A stretch of DNA of 64,000 bases from Chloroflexota bacterium (GCA_021783095.1 JAJXUG010000011.1:22322-86321), one strand, 5' to 3'. Shown: positions 18,035 through 28,749, counted from the stretch's first letter. Program-made: numbers and translations. Notes: a model not told the origin generated them from the sequence alone.

Positions 18035-18820
18035 ATGAGCTATCTGGACGTGTTCAGCCTGGAGGGTCACGTCGCCCTCGTGCCCGGTGGCGGCGGTTCC
18101 ATCGGCGCGGCGATCTGCAAGGCGCTGGCCGGCGCGGGCGCGAAGGTGGTGGTCGCGAGCCACACCCTCGACAAGGCCGAGGCGACGGCCGAGGCGGTGC
18201 GCGCAGCCGGTGGCGAGGCCATCGCGGCGGAAGCCGACGCCACGGTCGAGGCCGACGCCGAACGGGCGGTCGCGGCTGCCGTCGAGCGGTTCGGCAAGCT
18301 GGACATGGTCGTCAACTGCGTCGGCGGCGGCGCCGGCAAGGTGCTGTTCGACGCGCAGGAGTACCCGCGAGACGCCTGGGACTGGATCTACGAGCTCAAC
18401 GTCCGCTCGGTGCTGGTCCCGACGCAGGCGGCCGTCCGCCAGATGCTCAGGCAGGGCGAGGGCGGCCGGATCGTCAACATCAGCTCGGTCCGGGCCCTGC
18501 TGGGCATCAGCTCGGGCTATTCCGCGTACGTGGCCGCCAAGGGCGCCGTGGAGTCGCTGACACGCCAGTGGGCGACCGAGTGGGCCAAGCACGGGATCCG
18601 GGTCAACGCGATCCGGCCGACCTTCGTCGACACCCCACAGGTGGCGATGCTCCTCGGCGACCCGGCCTTCAAGGCCGGCATCGTGAGCCGCATCCCGCTC
18701 GGGCGCGTCGGCGGCACCGACGACATGACCGGCGCGGTCGTGTTCCTGCTCTCGAACGCCGCTGCCTTCATCACCGGGCAGACCATCGGCCTCGACGGCG
18801 GGCTGACCGCCACGCAGTAG
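18035..18820 (+). CDS. SDR family oxidoreductase (KduD/gluconate 5-dehydrogenase-like)
   Basis: PGGGGSIG, NISS, YVAAK and IRVNAIRP motifs. Confidence 0.92.
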   Translation: MSYLDVFSLEGHVALVPGGGGSIGAAICKALAGAGAKVVVASHTLDKAEATAEAVRAAGGEAIAAEADATVEADAERAVAAAVERFGKLDMVVNCVGGGAGKVLFDAQEYPRDAWDWIYELNVRSVLVPTQAAVRQMLRQGEGGRIVNISSVRALLGISSGYSAYVAAKGAVESLTRQWATEWAKHGIRVNAIRPTFVDTPQVAMLLGDPAFKAGIVSRIPLGRVGGTDDMTGAVVFLLSNAAAFITGQTIGLDGGLTATQ

Positions 18821-18857
18821 CACCCACACTCGCCGACAGGCAGGGAGCCCACCCGCG

Positions 18858-19751
18858 ATGCAACAGGTCACCGAGCGCATCTTCACCGAGACGAGGGTCC
18901 GGGGCTGCAACCCGTCCTTCGTGCTGACATCCAAGGGGCCCGTCGTCATCGACACGCCGCAGCTGCCCACCAAGGCGGTCGAGATGCGCAAGGCCGTCGA
19001 GGAGCACGGGCCCATCCAGTACGTGATCAACACCGAGCACCACGTCGACCACATCTTCGGCAACTACTGGTTCAAGGGTGCCGGCCCGATCGTCCACCAC
19101 CAGGGCGTCCACGAGCGGTTCATGACCGTGTACCCGGAACTGGACCCGTTCGAGTACGCCCTCGAGGCGCTGCCGACCGACGATCCCGAAGGCGCCGCCC
19201 TGGTCCCGGACCGCGAGACCTACTACGCGAACATGGGCACGGCGGACATCGTGTTCAGCGGCGACCTGACGCTCAAGGTGGGCGACCGGACGTTCAACCT
19301 GCTCCACACGCCCGGCCACACGCCGGGCCAGGTGGCCGTGTACGTGCCCGAGGAGCGCGCGGTGTTCACCGGCGACACGGTGTTCTCCGAGTGCACGACC
19401 TGGCTGATGACCTCGAACGTCGACATGTGGATCGCCGCGATCGACCGGATCCGGGCGCTCGACATCGACCGCGTGATCCCGGGCCACGGGCCCGTCCAGG
19501 GCAAGGACTACCTGCACACGCAGGTGGCGTTCATGCTCGAGTGGGAGGCTGCCGTCGCGTCTGCAGTGGCGAAGGGCTGGACGCGCGAGGAGACGATGGA
19601 GCGCGTCTCATTCGCCGAGCGCTACCCGGTCGACATCGGGCAGGAGTACATGATGGAGTACATCCAGACCCGCAACGCCGGCGCCCTGTGGGACAAGTAC
19701 ACGCGCGAGACGATCACGGCGTACCCCGCCAAGGAGCAGCCGGCGCGGTAG
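18858..19751 (+). CDS. Metallo-beta-lactamase fold hydrolase
   Basis: NTEHHVDHIFGN, TPGHTPG, FTGD and IPGHG motifs. Confidence 0.9.
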   Translation: MQQVTERIFTETRVRGCNPSFVLTSKGPVVIDTPQLPTKAVEMRKAVEEHGPIQYVINTEHHVDHIFGNYWFKGAGPIVHHQGVHERFMTVYPELDPFEYALEALPTDDPEGAALVPDRETYYANMGTADIVFSGDLTLKVGDRTFNLLHTPGHTPGQVAVYVPEERAVFTGDTVFSECTTWLMTSNVDMWIAAIDRIRALDIDRVIPGHGPVQGKDYLHTQVAFMLEWEAAVASAVAKGWTREETMERVSFAERYPVDIGQEYMMEYIQTRNAGALWDKYTRETITAYPAKEQPAR

Positions 19752-19766
19752 GCCCGGCGCGCGCGG

Positions 19767-20648
19767 TCAGTAGCCCACGGACGGCAGGTAGGCGCCCTCA
19801 GGCTCCTGGTAGAGCCCGAGCGTCATCATGTTGGTCACGAAGAACACGCGCAGGCCCCGGTCGAGGCACCAGCGGAACAGGTCCGCGTTCTCGAGCGGTA
19901 CGAGGAACCCCGGGGTCCCGAAGTCCTCCGCCTCGCTGATGAGCGCCCGGAGGTCGACGTTGGTCTCGGCCACGGAGTGCGCGAAGTAGCTGATGCGCGT
20001 CGTGTAGCCGCTGATCCGGCCCAGATGCTGCACCACGCGCGCCGAGCCCGCGTCGATCGCCTCGCGCACCTCGCCGGCGCGCGCGTGCCCGTGGACGCGC
20101 ACGCAGAGTGCGTTCATCACCTCCTCGTCGTCCATCGTCGCCGGCCGGACGTCATACCCCGGGAGTCGCTCGAGGATCGGTGCGCCGTGCATCGCGGCGA
20201 ACGCCCCGCGAACCTGCATCCCGAGCTTCGCGTACAGGCTGAGCGAGCGATTGTGGTACGCGATCTGGAGCAGCCGGACGCCCGGCGCCTGACGCTCACG
20301 GGCTCGGGCGAGGACCGCGTCCATCAGCAGCCGGCCGACGTGGCGGTCCTGGGACGCGGGGTCCACGCTGATCGGCCCGATGGCGCTGATCGTCCCCCGC
20401 TCGTCGAGGAAGTTCGACCCCACCACCCGGCCGTCCCTCTCCGCCACGACCGAGTAGACCCGGGGGTGGTTGATGAGCCAGCGGATGGGCTCGGCGGCGG
20501 CCGCCACCGTGGGGAAGTCATGCGGAAAGCCGTGCTGGTCCGCGAGCGAGGCGAACGCCTCGTAGCAGATCCGGCCGGCCTCCTCCCAGTCCGCGTCGAC
20601 CGCCTCGCGGATCCGGACATTCACCCGCTCGGGGGCCTCGATCGTCAT
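19767..20648 (-). CDS. GNAT family N-acetyltransferase
   Basis: GPISVDPASQDRHVGRLLM (motif A) and SLSLYAKLG. Confidence 0.88.
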   Translation of the reverse strand: MTIEAPERVNVRIREAVDADWEEAGRICYEAFASLADQHGFPHDFPTVAAAAEPIRWLINHPRVYSVVAERDGRVVGSNFLDERGTISAIGPISVDPASQDRHVGRLLMDAVLARARERQAPGVRLLQIAYHNRSLSLYAKLGMQVRGAFAAMHGAPILERLPGYDVRPATMDDEEVMNALCVRVHGHARAGEVREAIDAGSARVVQHLGRISGYTTRISYFAHSVAETNVDLRALISEAEDFGTPGFLVPLENADLFRWCLDRGLRVFFVTNMMTLGLYQEPEGAYLPSVGY

Positions 20649-20703
20649 CGCGATTCCTCCTCGGCCGGGCCGGCGTGACCCGGCGACCGGCGCGTGGAAT
20701 GGC

Positions 20704-21603
20704 TCACGGCATCGCGGCGACGGGCTCGGGCTCGAGCGCCGCCGGCGCGTAGTGCCGGCGGTACTCGCCCGGCGACATGCCGCAGGAGCGCGAGAACACC
20801 TTGTAGAACTGGCTGAGGTTCGTGTAGGCGACGCTCCGCGCGACGTCGGCGACCGACATGTCGGTCGAGAGCAGCAGCCGCTTCGCCTCGGCCACGCGGA
20901 CCTGGGTGACGTAGGCCTTGAACCCCACGCCGGTCACGTCCTTGAACACATGGCGCACGCGCGACGGGCTGACGTGGACGACCGACGCGACATCGCCGAG
21001 CGTGACCCTCTCCCGGCAGTGGCGGTCCACGTACGCCAGCACTGGCCGGATCTGCTCGCGACGACCAGCCGCCGCACGGACCGCGTCGGGCGACACGCCG
21101 GCCTCGGGGTCCCGGTTGACGAGCCCGAGCGCCAGCCGCAGGGTCGCGTCCATCAGGTGGCGCTCGGCCGGGTCACGGCGGTCCGCCGTGGCGCGGAGGC
21201 CCGAGAGCAGGCCGGCGAGCTGCGCGGCGAGCGGCGTCCCGCTGCGGACCCGCGGCGTGCGCCCGTCGGCGTGGATGAACGGCGCGAGGTAGCCGCGGTC
21301 CAGCTCCCGGCCTCCCAAGGGTGCGATGAGCTCGGGCCGGAAGAGCACGAGCAGCAGGCGCATCGGCCCGCCGCGGTCCGCCAATGCGACATGCGGCTGG
21401 GTGTTGTCGATGAAGAAGACGTCGCCCGTCTCTGCCTCCATCGGCCGGCCGCCGAACATGAACACGCCGCGCCCCTGGGTGACGAGGGCGATCTCGAAGT
21501 GGTCGTGCCAGTGCATGGGATCGCGGTCGCCGAGCACGGCGTACTCGAGCACCGCGAGCGGGAAGTCCGGGTCCATGGCCTGTTGCCAGACGTAGACGGC
21601 CAT
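20704..21603 (-). CDS. AraC family transcriptional regulator (cupin sensor); start uncertain
   Basis: HWHDHFEI cupin and a C-terminal double HTH (AKRLLLST...GMSPGEYRR). Confidence 0.9.
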   Translation of the reverse strand: MAVYVWQQAMDPDFPLAVLEYAVLGDRDPMHWHDHFEIALVTQGRGVFMFGGRPMEAETGDVFFIDNTQPHVALADRGGPMRLLLVLFRPELIAPLGGRELDRGYLAPFIHADGRTPRVRSGTPLAAQLAGLLSGLRATADRRDPAERHLMDATLRLALGLVNRDPEAGVSPDAVRAAAGRREQIRPVLAYVDRHCRERVTLGDVASVVHVSPSRVRHVFKDVTGVGFKAYVTQVRVAEAKRLLLSTDMSVADVARSVAYTNLSQFYKVFSRSCGMSPGEYRRHYAPAALEPEPVAAMP

Positions 21604-21679
21604 TGGCAAAGGGTCGGGTGGCGCAGCCGGATCGGACAGGGCCAGTTGGAGCGATGAGACAGGAAGGAGGACCACCCGA

Positions 21680-21744
21680 CGACCGCTTCTGCCACTGCTT
21701 CGACCGCTGCTGGCATTGCCGTCCCGGCCTGTCGGGCCGAGCAT
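21680..21744 (+). promoter_or_regulatory. Tandem direct repeats 21 bp apart overlapping a -35 box (AraC-type activator site)
   Basis: CGACCGCTTCTGCCACTGC (21680) and CGACCGCTGCTGGCATTGC (21701), 16/19 identical; TTGCCG-17-GAGCAT. Confidence 0.6.
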
Positions 21745-21782
21745 CGGGAGACGACGCGCGCCGGTTCGACAGGAGTCAGTCC

Positions 21783-23957
21783 ATGCCCTTCCCGCACCTG
21801 TTCAGCCCGCTCCAGATGGGGCCGCTGACCCTTCCCAATCGCATCGTCCACGTGCCCACCGACATCAGCTCGTCCCACGCGGACGGCGAGGTCAGCGAGC
21901 GCGACATCCACCACCACGCCAACATCGCGAAGGGCGGGACGGGCTTCGTCATCGTGGGCGCGACGACGCCCGACATGCGCACCGGCCGCCCGACGGTGAC
22001 GTGCCTCGTGGCCGATGGCGACAACTACGTGCCCGGGCTCGCCCGCCTTGCCGAGTCGATGCACCGGTACGGCGCCAAGTGTGCCGTCCAGCTCCAGCAT
22101 CCCGGCCGCCAGTGCGCCATCCCGCGCTACAACACCCTCGGGGCAACGGACCGCGTCCTCAAGCTGCCGTGGTCGGCCGGCCACGAGATCGTCTACGAGA
22201 ATGCCGACGAGAAGGGCAAGGAGATACGCGAGGCCTCCATCGCCGAGATCCTCGAGCTGGTCGACCTGTTCTCCGAGGCCGCGTGGCGGGTCAAGCAGGC
22301 GGGGTTCGACGCGGTCGAGCTGCACGCCGCGCACGGGTACCTCCTCTCGGAGTTCATGAGCCCCTACCTCAACATGCGGACGGACCGCTTCGGCGGCTCC
22401 TTCGAGAACCGCATGCGCTTCCCGCTCGCGGTGATCGACTCGATCAAGAAGAAGTGCGGCAAGGGCTACCCCGTCCTCGTGCGCTACTCCTTCGAGGAGT
22501 GGTGCCCGGGGGGCCGGGGCATGGAGGAGGGGCTCGAGACGGCGCGCGTCCTCGAGCGGGCTGGCGTCGCGGCGCTCGACCTCTCGCAGGGCATGCAGGA
22601 GTCGCCGGGCGCCGGCTTCGACCCGATGCAGTACCCCCAGGGCTGGGCGACCTACGCCGCCGAGGCGACCAAGCGGGTCGTCAGGATCCCCGTGATCACC
22701 AGCCACTCGCTGCGCGAGCCCGAGTACTGCGAGCAGATCCTCGCCGAGGGCAAGACGGACCTCGTGGGCCTCGCCCGCCAGCTCCTCGCCGACCCGTACT
22801 GGCCGGTGAAGGCCAAGTACGGCAAGACGAAGTCCATCCGCAAGTGCATCTCGTGCCTCGGCGGGTGCTGGCAGGAGTCGCTGATGGCGAAGCACGAGAT
22901 CGCGTGCTCCATCAACGCGGCCTGCGGCCAGCCGGCGTACGACGAGATGACGCGCACCGAGCGCCCCGTGCGGGTCGCGGTGGTCGGCGGCGGCCCGGCC
23001 GGCATGGAGGCCGCCCGCATCGCAACCGAGCGCGGCCACCTCGTGACGCTGTTCGAGCGCAGCGGCGAGCTGGGCGGCGCCATGAAGTACGTCTGCATGG
23101 TGCCCGGCAAGGAGAAGATGCGCTGGTACCTCGACTGGGTGCGCGACCAGCTGCTCGACCTCAAGGTGGACATCCGGCTCAACCACGCGCCCGCCGTCGA
23201 CGAGCTGCGCGGCTTCGACGTCGTGCTCAACGCCACGGGCGCCTCCTCGTTCGTGCCGCCGGTCCACGGCGACGCCTCGCGGGTGATCCCGTTCGAGGAG
23301 ACGATGGCCTGTCCGAAGGTGGCCTGCGAGTGCCATCCCGGTGGCCGCAAGATGCGCAAGGTCGGGCAGCGGGTGCTCCTCTGGGGCGACTCGTATGCCG
23401 CCGCGGACACGGCGGCCTGGCTTGCGGGCATCGGCCGCCAGGTGACGATCGTCACTGAGAACCGCGAGTTCGCCGCCGACTGCGAGGTCATCCACATGTA
23501 CGTCGCCCGGAAGCGCTACGCGCAGGACGACGCGGAGGTCCTCCACGCGAAGCCCTACAAATTCCCCGTGACGATCCTCGCCTCGACGACGGTCCACGAG
23601 ATCCGCGACGGGTCCGTGGTCCTGCGCGACAAGGACTTCGGGCTCACCGAGCTCGAAGTGGACGACGTGGTGACCTGCCACACGCGGCCCCTCACCGAGC
23701 TCTTCGAGGCGCTCCGCGTCGCTGGCGTGCAGGTGCTCAACGTGGGCGATTCCGTGGCCCCGCGGAACCTGTACCACGCGGTCAGGGAGGGCTCCGCCTT
23801 CGGCCTCGCCGTGGACCAGCACCTGCTCTTCAACCCCAACGGCGCGATCGTGGACCACCTCCCGATCGACGTCCTGGCCCAGCTGACGCGCGAGGACGGG
23901 CCGTCCTACACGGCGCAGCGGATGCTGGAGCTGGCAGGGGTGGTCGCGGGCCGGTAG
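21783..23957 (+). CDS. NADH:flavin oxidoreductase (old yellow enzyme barrel, 4Fe-4S cluster, FAD domain)
   Basis: QLQHPGR, GFDAVELHAAHGYL, RTDRFGGSFENR, CISCLGGC...CSIN and VVGGGPAGMEAA motifs; AGGAG RBS. Confidence 0.92.
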   Translation: MPFPHLFSPLQMGPLTLPNRIVHVPTDISSSHADGEVSERDIHHHANIAKGGTGFVIVGATTPDMRTGRPTVTCLVADGDNYVPGLARLAESMHRYGAKCAVQLQHPGRQCAIPRYNTLGATDRVLKLPWSAGHEIVYENADEKGKEIREASIAEILELVDLFSEAAWRVKQAGFDAVELHAAHGYLLSEFMSPYLNMRTDRFGGSFENRMRFPLAVIDSIKKKCGKGYPVLVRYSFEEWCPGGRGMEEGLETARVLERAGVAALDLSQGMQESPGAGFDPMQYPQGWATYAAEATKRVVRIPVITSHSLREPEYCEQILAEGKTDLVGLARQLLADPYWPVKAKYGKTKSIRKCISCLGGCWQESLMAKHEIACSINAACGQPAYDEMTRTERPVRVAVVGGGPAGMEAARIATERGHLVTLFERSGELGGAMKYVCMVPGKEKMRWYLDWVRDQLLDLKVDIRLNHAPAVDELRGFDVVLNATGASSFVPPVHGDASRVIPFEETMACPKVACECHPGGRKMRKVGQRVLLWGDSYAAADTAAWLAGIGRQVTIVTENREFAADCEVIHMYVARKRYAQDDAEVLHAKPYKFPVTILASTTVHEIRDGSVVLRDKDFGLTELEVDDVVTCHTRPLTELFEALRVAGVQVLNVGDSVAPRNLYHAVREGSAFGLAVDQHLLFNPNGAIVDHLPIDVLAQLTREDGPSYTAQRMLELAGVVAGR

Positions 23958-24156
23958 CCCGCCGTCAAAGCCCGGGCGGCGGAGCCTCCCCCCTCTCCCC
24001 GCCCTGGCCACCCCTGGTCAGCGCTGCTCGCGGCTCGGCCCGCCTGGCCGGCGACGGGCTGTGGCCGGCCGACGGGCGTGCGCAGTGGCCTCCCTGGGCC
24101 GACCGCGGCTGCGCGCCCGGCAGTCGCGCCCCGGCCCTCGCCTCACGGCGAGGCGG

Positions 24157-25089
24157 TCAGATGCCGGCGGCCCGCTCCGCGCCGTGGACAGCGGCGCCGG
24201 TCGCGCCCGCCCACGTCCCAAGCTCCGCCGCCACCAGCACCACGTCCTCGATCGACGTCGTGGTGACGCGCCGCGCGATCTCCTCGCGGATCGGGGCGAA
24301 CAGCAGCTCGCCCGCCGCCGCGACGCCGCCCCCGAGCACGATCCTGTCCGGCGAGATGACGGTGATCATGTTCGCGATGCCGATCCCCAGGTAGCGGCCC
24401 ACGTCGCGCAGCCCGCGCAGGGCCCGCGGCTCGCCCTCCCGCGCGCGGCGGACGGCCTCCTCGACGCTCGGGGTGCCGCACGCGGCGCAGATCTGGTCCG
24501 CCCGGGCGAACGCCTCGACGCAGCCGCGGTTGCCGCAGTTGCACCACGGCCCGTCGGGGTCGATGGTCTGGTGGCCGATCTCGCCGGCCGTGCCGTCATG
24601 GCCCAGGTGGACGCGCCCGTCCACCGCGATGACGCCCCCGACGCCGGTCCCCAGCGTGAGCCCGACCATCGACCTCGCCCCGCGGCCCGCGCCGAGCCGG
24701 AGCTCGGCGAGGCCGAACGCACGGGCGTCGTTGATGAGGAACGCAGGCACGCCGGTGGCCTCCGCGACGGGGCCCGCGACGGGGAGGCCCGCCCATGGCC
24801 CCGGGACGTTCACGATGAAGCGCGTCCGGCCGCTCACCGGGTCATAGAGGCCGGGGACGCCAATGCCGATGCTCGAGACCGGCCCCCGGTCGGCGATGGC
24901 GGTGAGGGCCACCTCCCCCAGTTGGGCCACGATCCCGGCGGGGACCGCCTCCGGCTCCGCGGCATAGCGCGTGGGCACTTGGTCGCGCGCGACCGCCTGC
25001 CACGCGTCGCCCTCGTGCTCCACGATCGTCCACTTGACGTTGGTGCCCCCGAGGTCGAGCCCCAGGTGTCGGGACGTGGCGCCGCTCAC
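24157..25089 (-). CDS. ROK family sugar kinase
   Basis: DLGGT, NDARAFGLAE, TLGTGVGG, GEIGH and CNCGNRGCVE motifs; no HTH. Confidence 0.92.
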   Translation of the reverse strand: MSGATSRHLGLDLGGTNVKWTIVEHEGDAWQAVARDQVPTRYAAEPEAVPAGIVAQLGEVALTAIADRGPVSSIGIGVPGLYDPVSGRTRFIVNVPGPWAGLPVAGPVAEATGVPAFLINDARAFGLAELRLGAGRGARSMVGLTLGTGVGGVIAVDGRVHLGHDGTAGEIGHQTIDPDGPWCNCGNRGCVEAFARADQICAACGTPSVEEAVRRAREGEPRALRGLRDVGRYLGIGIANMITVISPDRIVLGGGVAAAGELLFAPIREEIARRVTTTSIEDVVLVAAELGTWAGATGAAVHGAERAAGI

Positions 25090-25091
25090 GC

Positions 25092-26084
25092 TCAGGACTC
25101 GGCCGTGACCCGGGTGTAGGCGGCGGCCATGACCACGATGATCGAGCCGAAGACGATCTGGCGGGTGGGCTCAGGCAGGCCGAGGATCGTGAGCAGCGCG
25201 GCGAGGACCGTGAGGATCACCGCGCCCACGATGGAGCCCGCGTAGCCGCCCCGGCCGCCCATGATGGACGTGCCGCCGATGACGGCCGCGGCGATCGACG
25301 GCAGCACCGAGCTGTCGGCGAGCGAGACGCTGGCGGTGTTCGCGTAGCCCGACAGGATGAGCCCGGCGATGCCCGCCAGGAGGCCCGAGATCACGTAGAG
25401 CACGATGAGGACCTGCCACGACCGAGCGCCCGACAGCCGCGCCGCGACCGGGTTGTCGCCGATCGCGTACAGCAGGCGCCCGTACCCGGTCCGTTTCAGG
25501 CCCACCAGGATGAGCGCCATGACCGGCACGAAGACCACGAGGCTGTACGGGAGCACCTCGACGAAGGCGCCCGAGCCGAGGGTCCGCAGGTTGGCCGGCA
25601 CGCCGGCGCCCGTCTGGACGTTCTGGAGCTGCCAGACGTTGGCCAGCCCCAGGACGACGAAGTTCATGCCGAGGGTCATGATCAGCGGGTGGACGCGGAA
25701 CACGCCCACGCCGACGCCGGACACGAACCCGGCCAGCGACGCCGCGACGAGCGCGATGACGATCCCCTGCACCTCTCCGCCCGGGCTGTGGATCATCGTG
25801 GCGGTCACGAACCCGGTCATGGAGGCGACGGCGCCGACCGACAGGTCGATCCCGCCGGTCAGCATGGCGATGGTCTGGCAGCCGGCGAGGATCGCGAGCG
25901 GCACCGACCCCTTGATGATCACGCCAGCCCAGTCGATGCTGACGATGCCCGGGTCGACGACCTCGATGACGACGACGAGGATGGCGAGCAGCCCGAGGAG
26001 CGGGATGACGGGCTGGTCGCGGAACAGGCCCCGCACGCCCGCGGCGGTCTGCCGGCGGGGACGGCGGCTGGTGGCGGCGGTCAT
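25092..26084 (-). CDS. Sugar ABC transporter permease (RbsC-like)
   Basis: TGGIDLSVG, AIGDNPVAARLSG and AAVIGGTSIMGGRG motifs. Confidence 0.92.
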   Translation of the reverse strand: MTAATSRRPRRQTAAGVRGLFRDQPVIPLLGLLAILVVVIEVVDPGIVSIDWAGVIIKGSVPLAILAGCQTIAMLTGGIDLSVGAVASMTGFVTATMIHSPGGEVQGIVIALVAASLAGFVSGVGVGVFRVHPLIMTLGMNFVVLGLANVWQLQNVQTGAGVPANLRTLGSGAFVEVLPYSLVVFVPVMALILVGLKRTGYGRLLYAIGDNPVAARLSGARSWQVLIVLYVISGLLAGIAGLILSGYANTASVSLADSSVLPSIAAAVIGGTSIMGGRGGYAGSIVGAVILTVLAALLTILGLPEPTRQIVFGSIIVVMAAAYTRVTAES

Positions 26085-27079
26085 CGGCTTGCCCTCCGGA
26101 TCTCGAGCAGGCTGCCGAACATCACGACGCCGATCAGGATCACGCCCTGCGCGACGATCGCGAGGTTGGTGTCGATGCTCATGAATGTCATGTCGGTGCG
26201 AACCATCTGCAGCACCACCACCGCGATCATGGGCCCGAGCACGCCGCCCCGGCCGCCGGCAAGGCTCACGCCGCCGAGCACGACGGCGGCGACGCTCTCG
26301 AGGGTGTAGGGGCCCGGGACCGGGGTCCCGATGCCCGTGCTCGCCGTGAGCGCCAGGCCGCCCAGGGCGGCGAACAGGCCGCCGACGACGTACGAGGCCC
26401 ACTTCGTGCGGCCCACGGGCACGCCGCTCCGGAACGCCGCCAAGGCGTTGCTGCCCAGGGCGTAGAAGGAGAGGCCGAGCCGCGACCGCGCGATCGGGAT
26501 CCACACGACGGCGACGACGATCAGCATGACGACAGTCGCCTTGGGGATCCAGTCGACCAGGATCGGCCCGACCGCGAGGTCCATCAGCCACGACGACGCG
26601 CCGCCACCGGGCGCCGGCCGCACGATCAGCGCGAAGCCGGCCCAGACGAACGACATCGCCAGGGTCACCACGATGTCGGGGACCTTGGTCGTCACGACGA
26701 GCGCGCCGTTGACCGCGCCGAGGGCGAGCCCCAGAGCGAGCACGCCGATCACCACGACGATCCCGAACTCGTCGGGCTGCTTGTACATCGCCGAAGCCGC
26801 GACGACGCTCGTGAGCGCCATCATCGACCCGATCGAGAGGTCGATCCCGCCCGAGATCACGACGACGGCCTGGGCGACGGCTGCGATCGCGAGCGGCAGC
26901 ACCGAGGTGCCCAGGCCCTGGATCGCGAGCACGCCGTAGCTCGGCTCCACGATCTTGGCGAACAGCAGGAGCACGGCGAGCAGGCCCAGCAGCCCGAACG
27001 TCCAGCCGTTGCGGCGCAGCACGTCGCGCCGGCCAACGAGCGACCGCCCGCGCGAGGCGAGTGTGGCAGTCGTGCTCAT
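26081..27079 (-). CDS. Sugar ABC transporter permease (RbsC-like)
   Basis: SGGIDLSIG, GSNALAAFRSG and AAVVLGGVSLAGGRG motifs. Confidence 0.92.
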   Translation of the reverse strand: MSTTATLASRGRSLVGRRDVLRRNGWTFGLLGLLAVLLLFAKIVEPSYGVLAIQGLGTSVLPLAIAAVAQAVVVISGGIDLSIGSMMALTSVVAASAMYKQPDEFGIVVVIGVLALGLALGAVNGALVVTTKVPDIVVTLAMSFVWAGFALIVRPAPGGGASSWLMDLAVGPILVDWIPKATVVMLIVVAVVWIPIARSRLGLSFYALGSNALAAFRSGVPVGRTKWASYVVGGLFAALGGLALTASTGIGTPVPGPYTLESVAAVVLGGVSLAGGRGGVLGPMIAVVVLQMVRTDMTFMSIDTNLAIVAQGVILIGVVMFGSLLEIRRASR

Positions 27080-28722
27080 GCAGGATCCTCCGACTGCTCG
27101 CCCGTCGGAGCATCGCCAGCACGTGGGGCCCCACCGCCGGGCCCATCCGGGTCAGCACCGGCTGCGGCGGTGTCGGCGCTGCCCGGCGCCCCGTCCGGGT
27201 TGGCGAACGCGACCGCGAGCTCTGGGATCACCTCGTCGGGCGCGAGGTTGTAGGCCGCCCGAAGCAGGGAGGGCTCGTCGGCGTCCGCCCCGGCGACCTG
27301 GGCCACGATGCGGCCGCCGAAGATGACGATGGCCCGGTCGCAGACCAGCTGGACCTCCTTGAGCTCCGAGGTGTAGAGGAGCACTGCTGCGCCACCCTGC
27401 GCGAGCTCGCGCAGCAGCACGTAGATCTGCTGCTTCGTCCGGATGTCGATGCCGCGGGTGGGGTCGAAGCAGAGGAGCGTCCGGACACCGGTGGCGACCC
27501 AGCGGGCGATCGTCACCTTCTGCTGGTTGCCGCCCGAGAGCCGCCGCACCTCGTTGCCCGCGCGGGCGTCGATCTGCAGGGTCGCGACGGCCTCGTCGAC
27601 GGTCTTGCGCTCGGCCCCCATGTTGAGCATGGCCCAGTGCCGGACCCCCGCCACGAACGGCAGGGCGATGTTCTCGCGGACCGAGCGCTGCATCATGAGC
27701 GCCTCGGCGCGATCGGCAGGCACGTACACGACGCCCGCCTGGATCGCGTCCGCCGGGTGGCGGAAGGCGACCGGCGTGCCATCGACGACGAGGCTGCCCG
27801 TGGCCGGGCGGCTGGAGCCCGCAAGGATGTCGAACAGCTCGTCCTGGCCCTGGCCCTCGAGCGCGACCACGCCCAGCACCTCGCCCGGGTGGAGGTCGAA
27901 CGACACCTCGTGGAGCCTGCGGCCGTCGCTCACGCCCCTGGCCGAGAGGCGCGGCTGGGCGTCGGCCGGTCGCGGCGCCGCCGCCGGGCGCTCTGCCGCC
28001 GCCGGGATCTCGGCTGCCATCGGGCCGAGCATCAGGTCCACGATCCGCTTGTCGGAGCCGGCCGTCACGTCCACGACGCCGACGGTCTCGCCCTCGCGGA
28101 GCACGGTCGCCCGGTCGCACAGCTCGGCGATCTCGATCATGCGGTGCGAGATGAAGATGACGGAGCTGTCGCCCCCCTTCCGGCGGCCGACGACCTCGAG
28201 CACCCGCTCGGTGAGGTTGGCCGGGAGTGCGGCGGTCATCTCGTCGAGCATCAGGACATCGGGCTCGTTCGCGAGCGCCCGCGCGAGGTCGATGACCCGC
28301 AGCGAGGCCAGCGGCAGGCGCCTCGCCAGGCTCGTGAGGTCGAGGTCCGGGAGGCCGAGCTCGCTGACCCAGTGCCGGAACGACTCGACGGGCGTGTTGG
28401 TGATCCGCAGGTTGGCGCGGATGTCGAGGTCGGGGATGAGGGACGGCTCCTGGTAGACCGAGACCAGGCCGCCCCGGCGTGCCTCGGCTGGGGAGTGGAC
28501 GGTCCGCTCCCGGCCGCGCACGGCGATCGTGCCCCCGTCGGGGTGGACCGCGCCGGTCAGGATCTTGACGAGGGTGCTCTTGCCAGCACCGTTTGCGCCC
28601 AGGAGGGCGTGGACCTCACCCGGGCGCACGCCCAGGGACGCGTTCCGCAGCGCCACGACGGCACCGTAGGTCTTCGAGATGCCGGTGGCCAGGAGCAGCT
28701 GGTCAGGCGGATTGGGCGTCAT
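27076..28722 (-). CDS. Sugar ABC transporter ATP-binding protein (RbsA-like, two NBDs)
   Basis: GANGAGKST, LSGGNQQK and DPTRGID motifs. Confidence 0.93.
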   Translation of the reverse strand: MTPNPPDQLLLATGISKTYGAVVALRNASLGVRPGEVHALLGANGAGKSTLVKILTGAVHPDGGTIAVRGRERTVHSPAEARRGGLVSVYQEPSLIPDLDIRANLRITNTPVESFRHWVSELGLPDLDLTSLARRLPLASLRVIDLARALANEPDVLMLDEMTAALPANLTERVLEVVGRRKGGDSSVIFISHRMIEIAELCDRATVLREGETVGVVDVTAGSDKRIVDLMLGPMAAEIPAAAERPAAAPRPADAQPRLSARGVSDGRRLHEVSFDLHPGEVLGVVALEGQGQDELFDILAGSSRPATGSLVVDGTPVAFRHPADAIQAGVVYVPADRAEALMMQRSVRENIALPFVAGVRHWAMLNMGAERKTVDEAVATLQIDARAGNEVRRLSGGNQQKVTIARWVATGVRTLLCFDPTRGIDIRTKQQIYVLLRELAQGGAAVLLYTSELKEVQLVCDRAIVIFGGRIVAQVAGADADEPSLLRAAYNLAPDEVIPELAVAFANPDGAPGSADTAAAGADPDGPGGGAPRAGDAPTGEQSEDPA

Positions 28723-28749
28723 CGGTCCCCGCTGTGGAAGAGGCTGATG

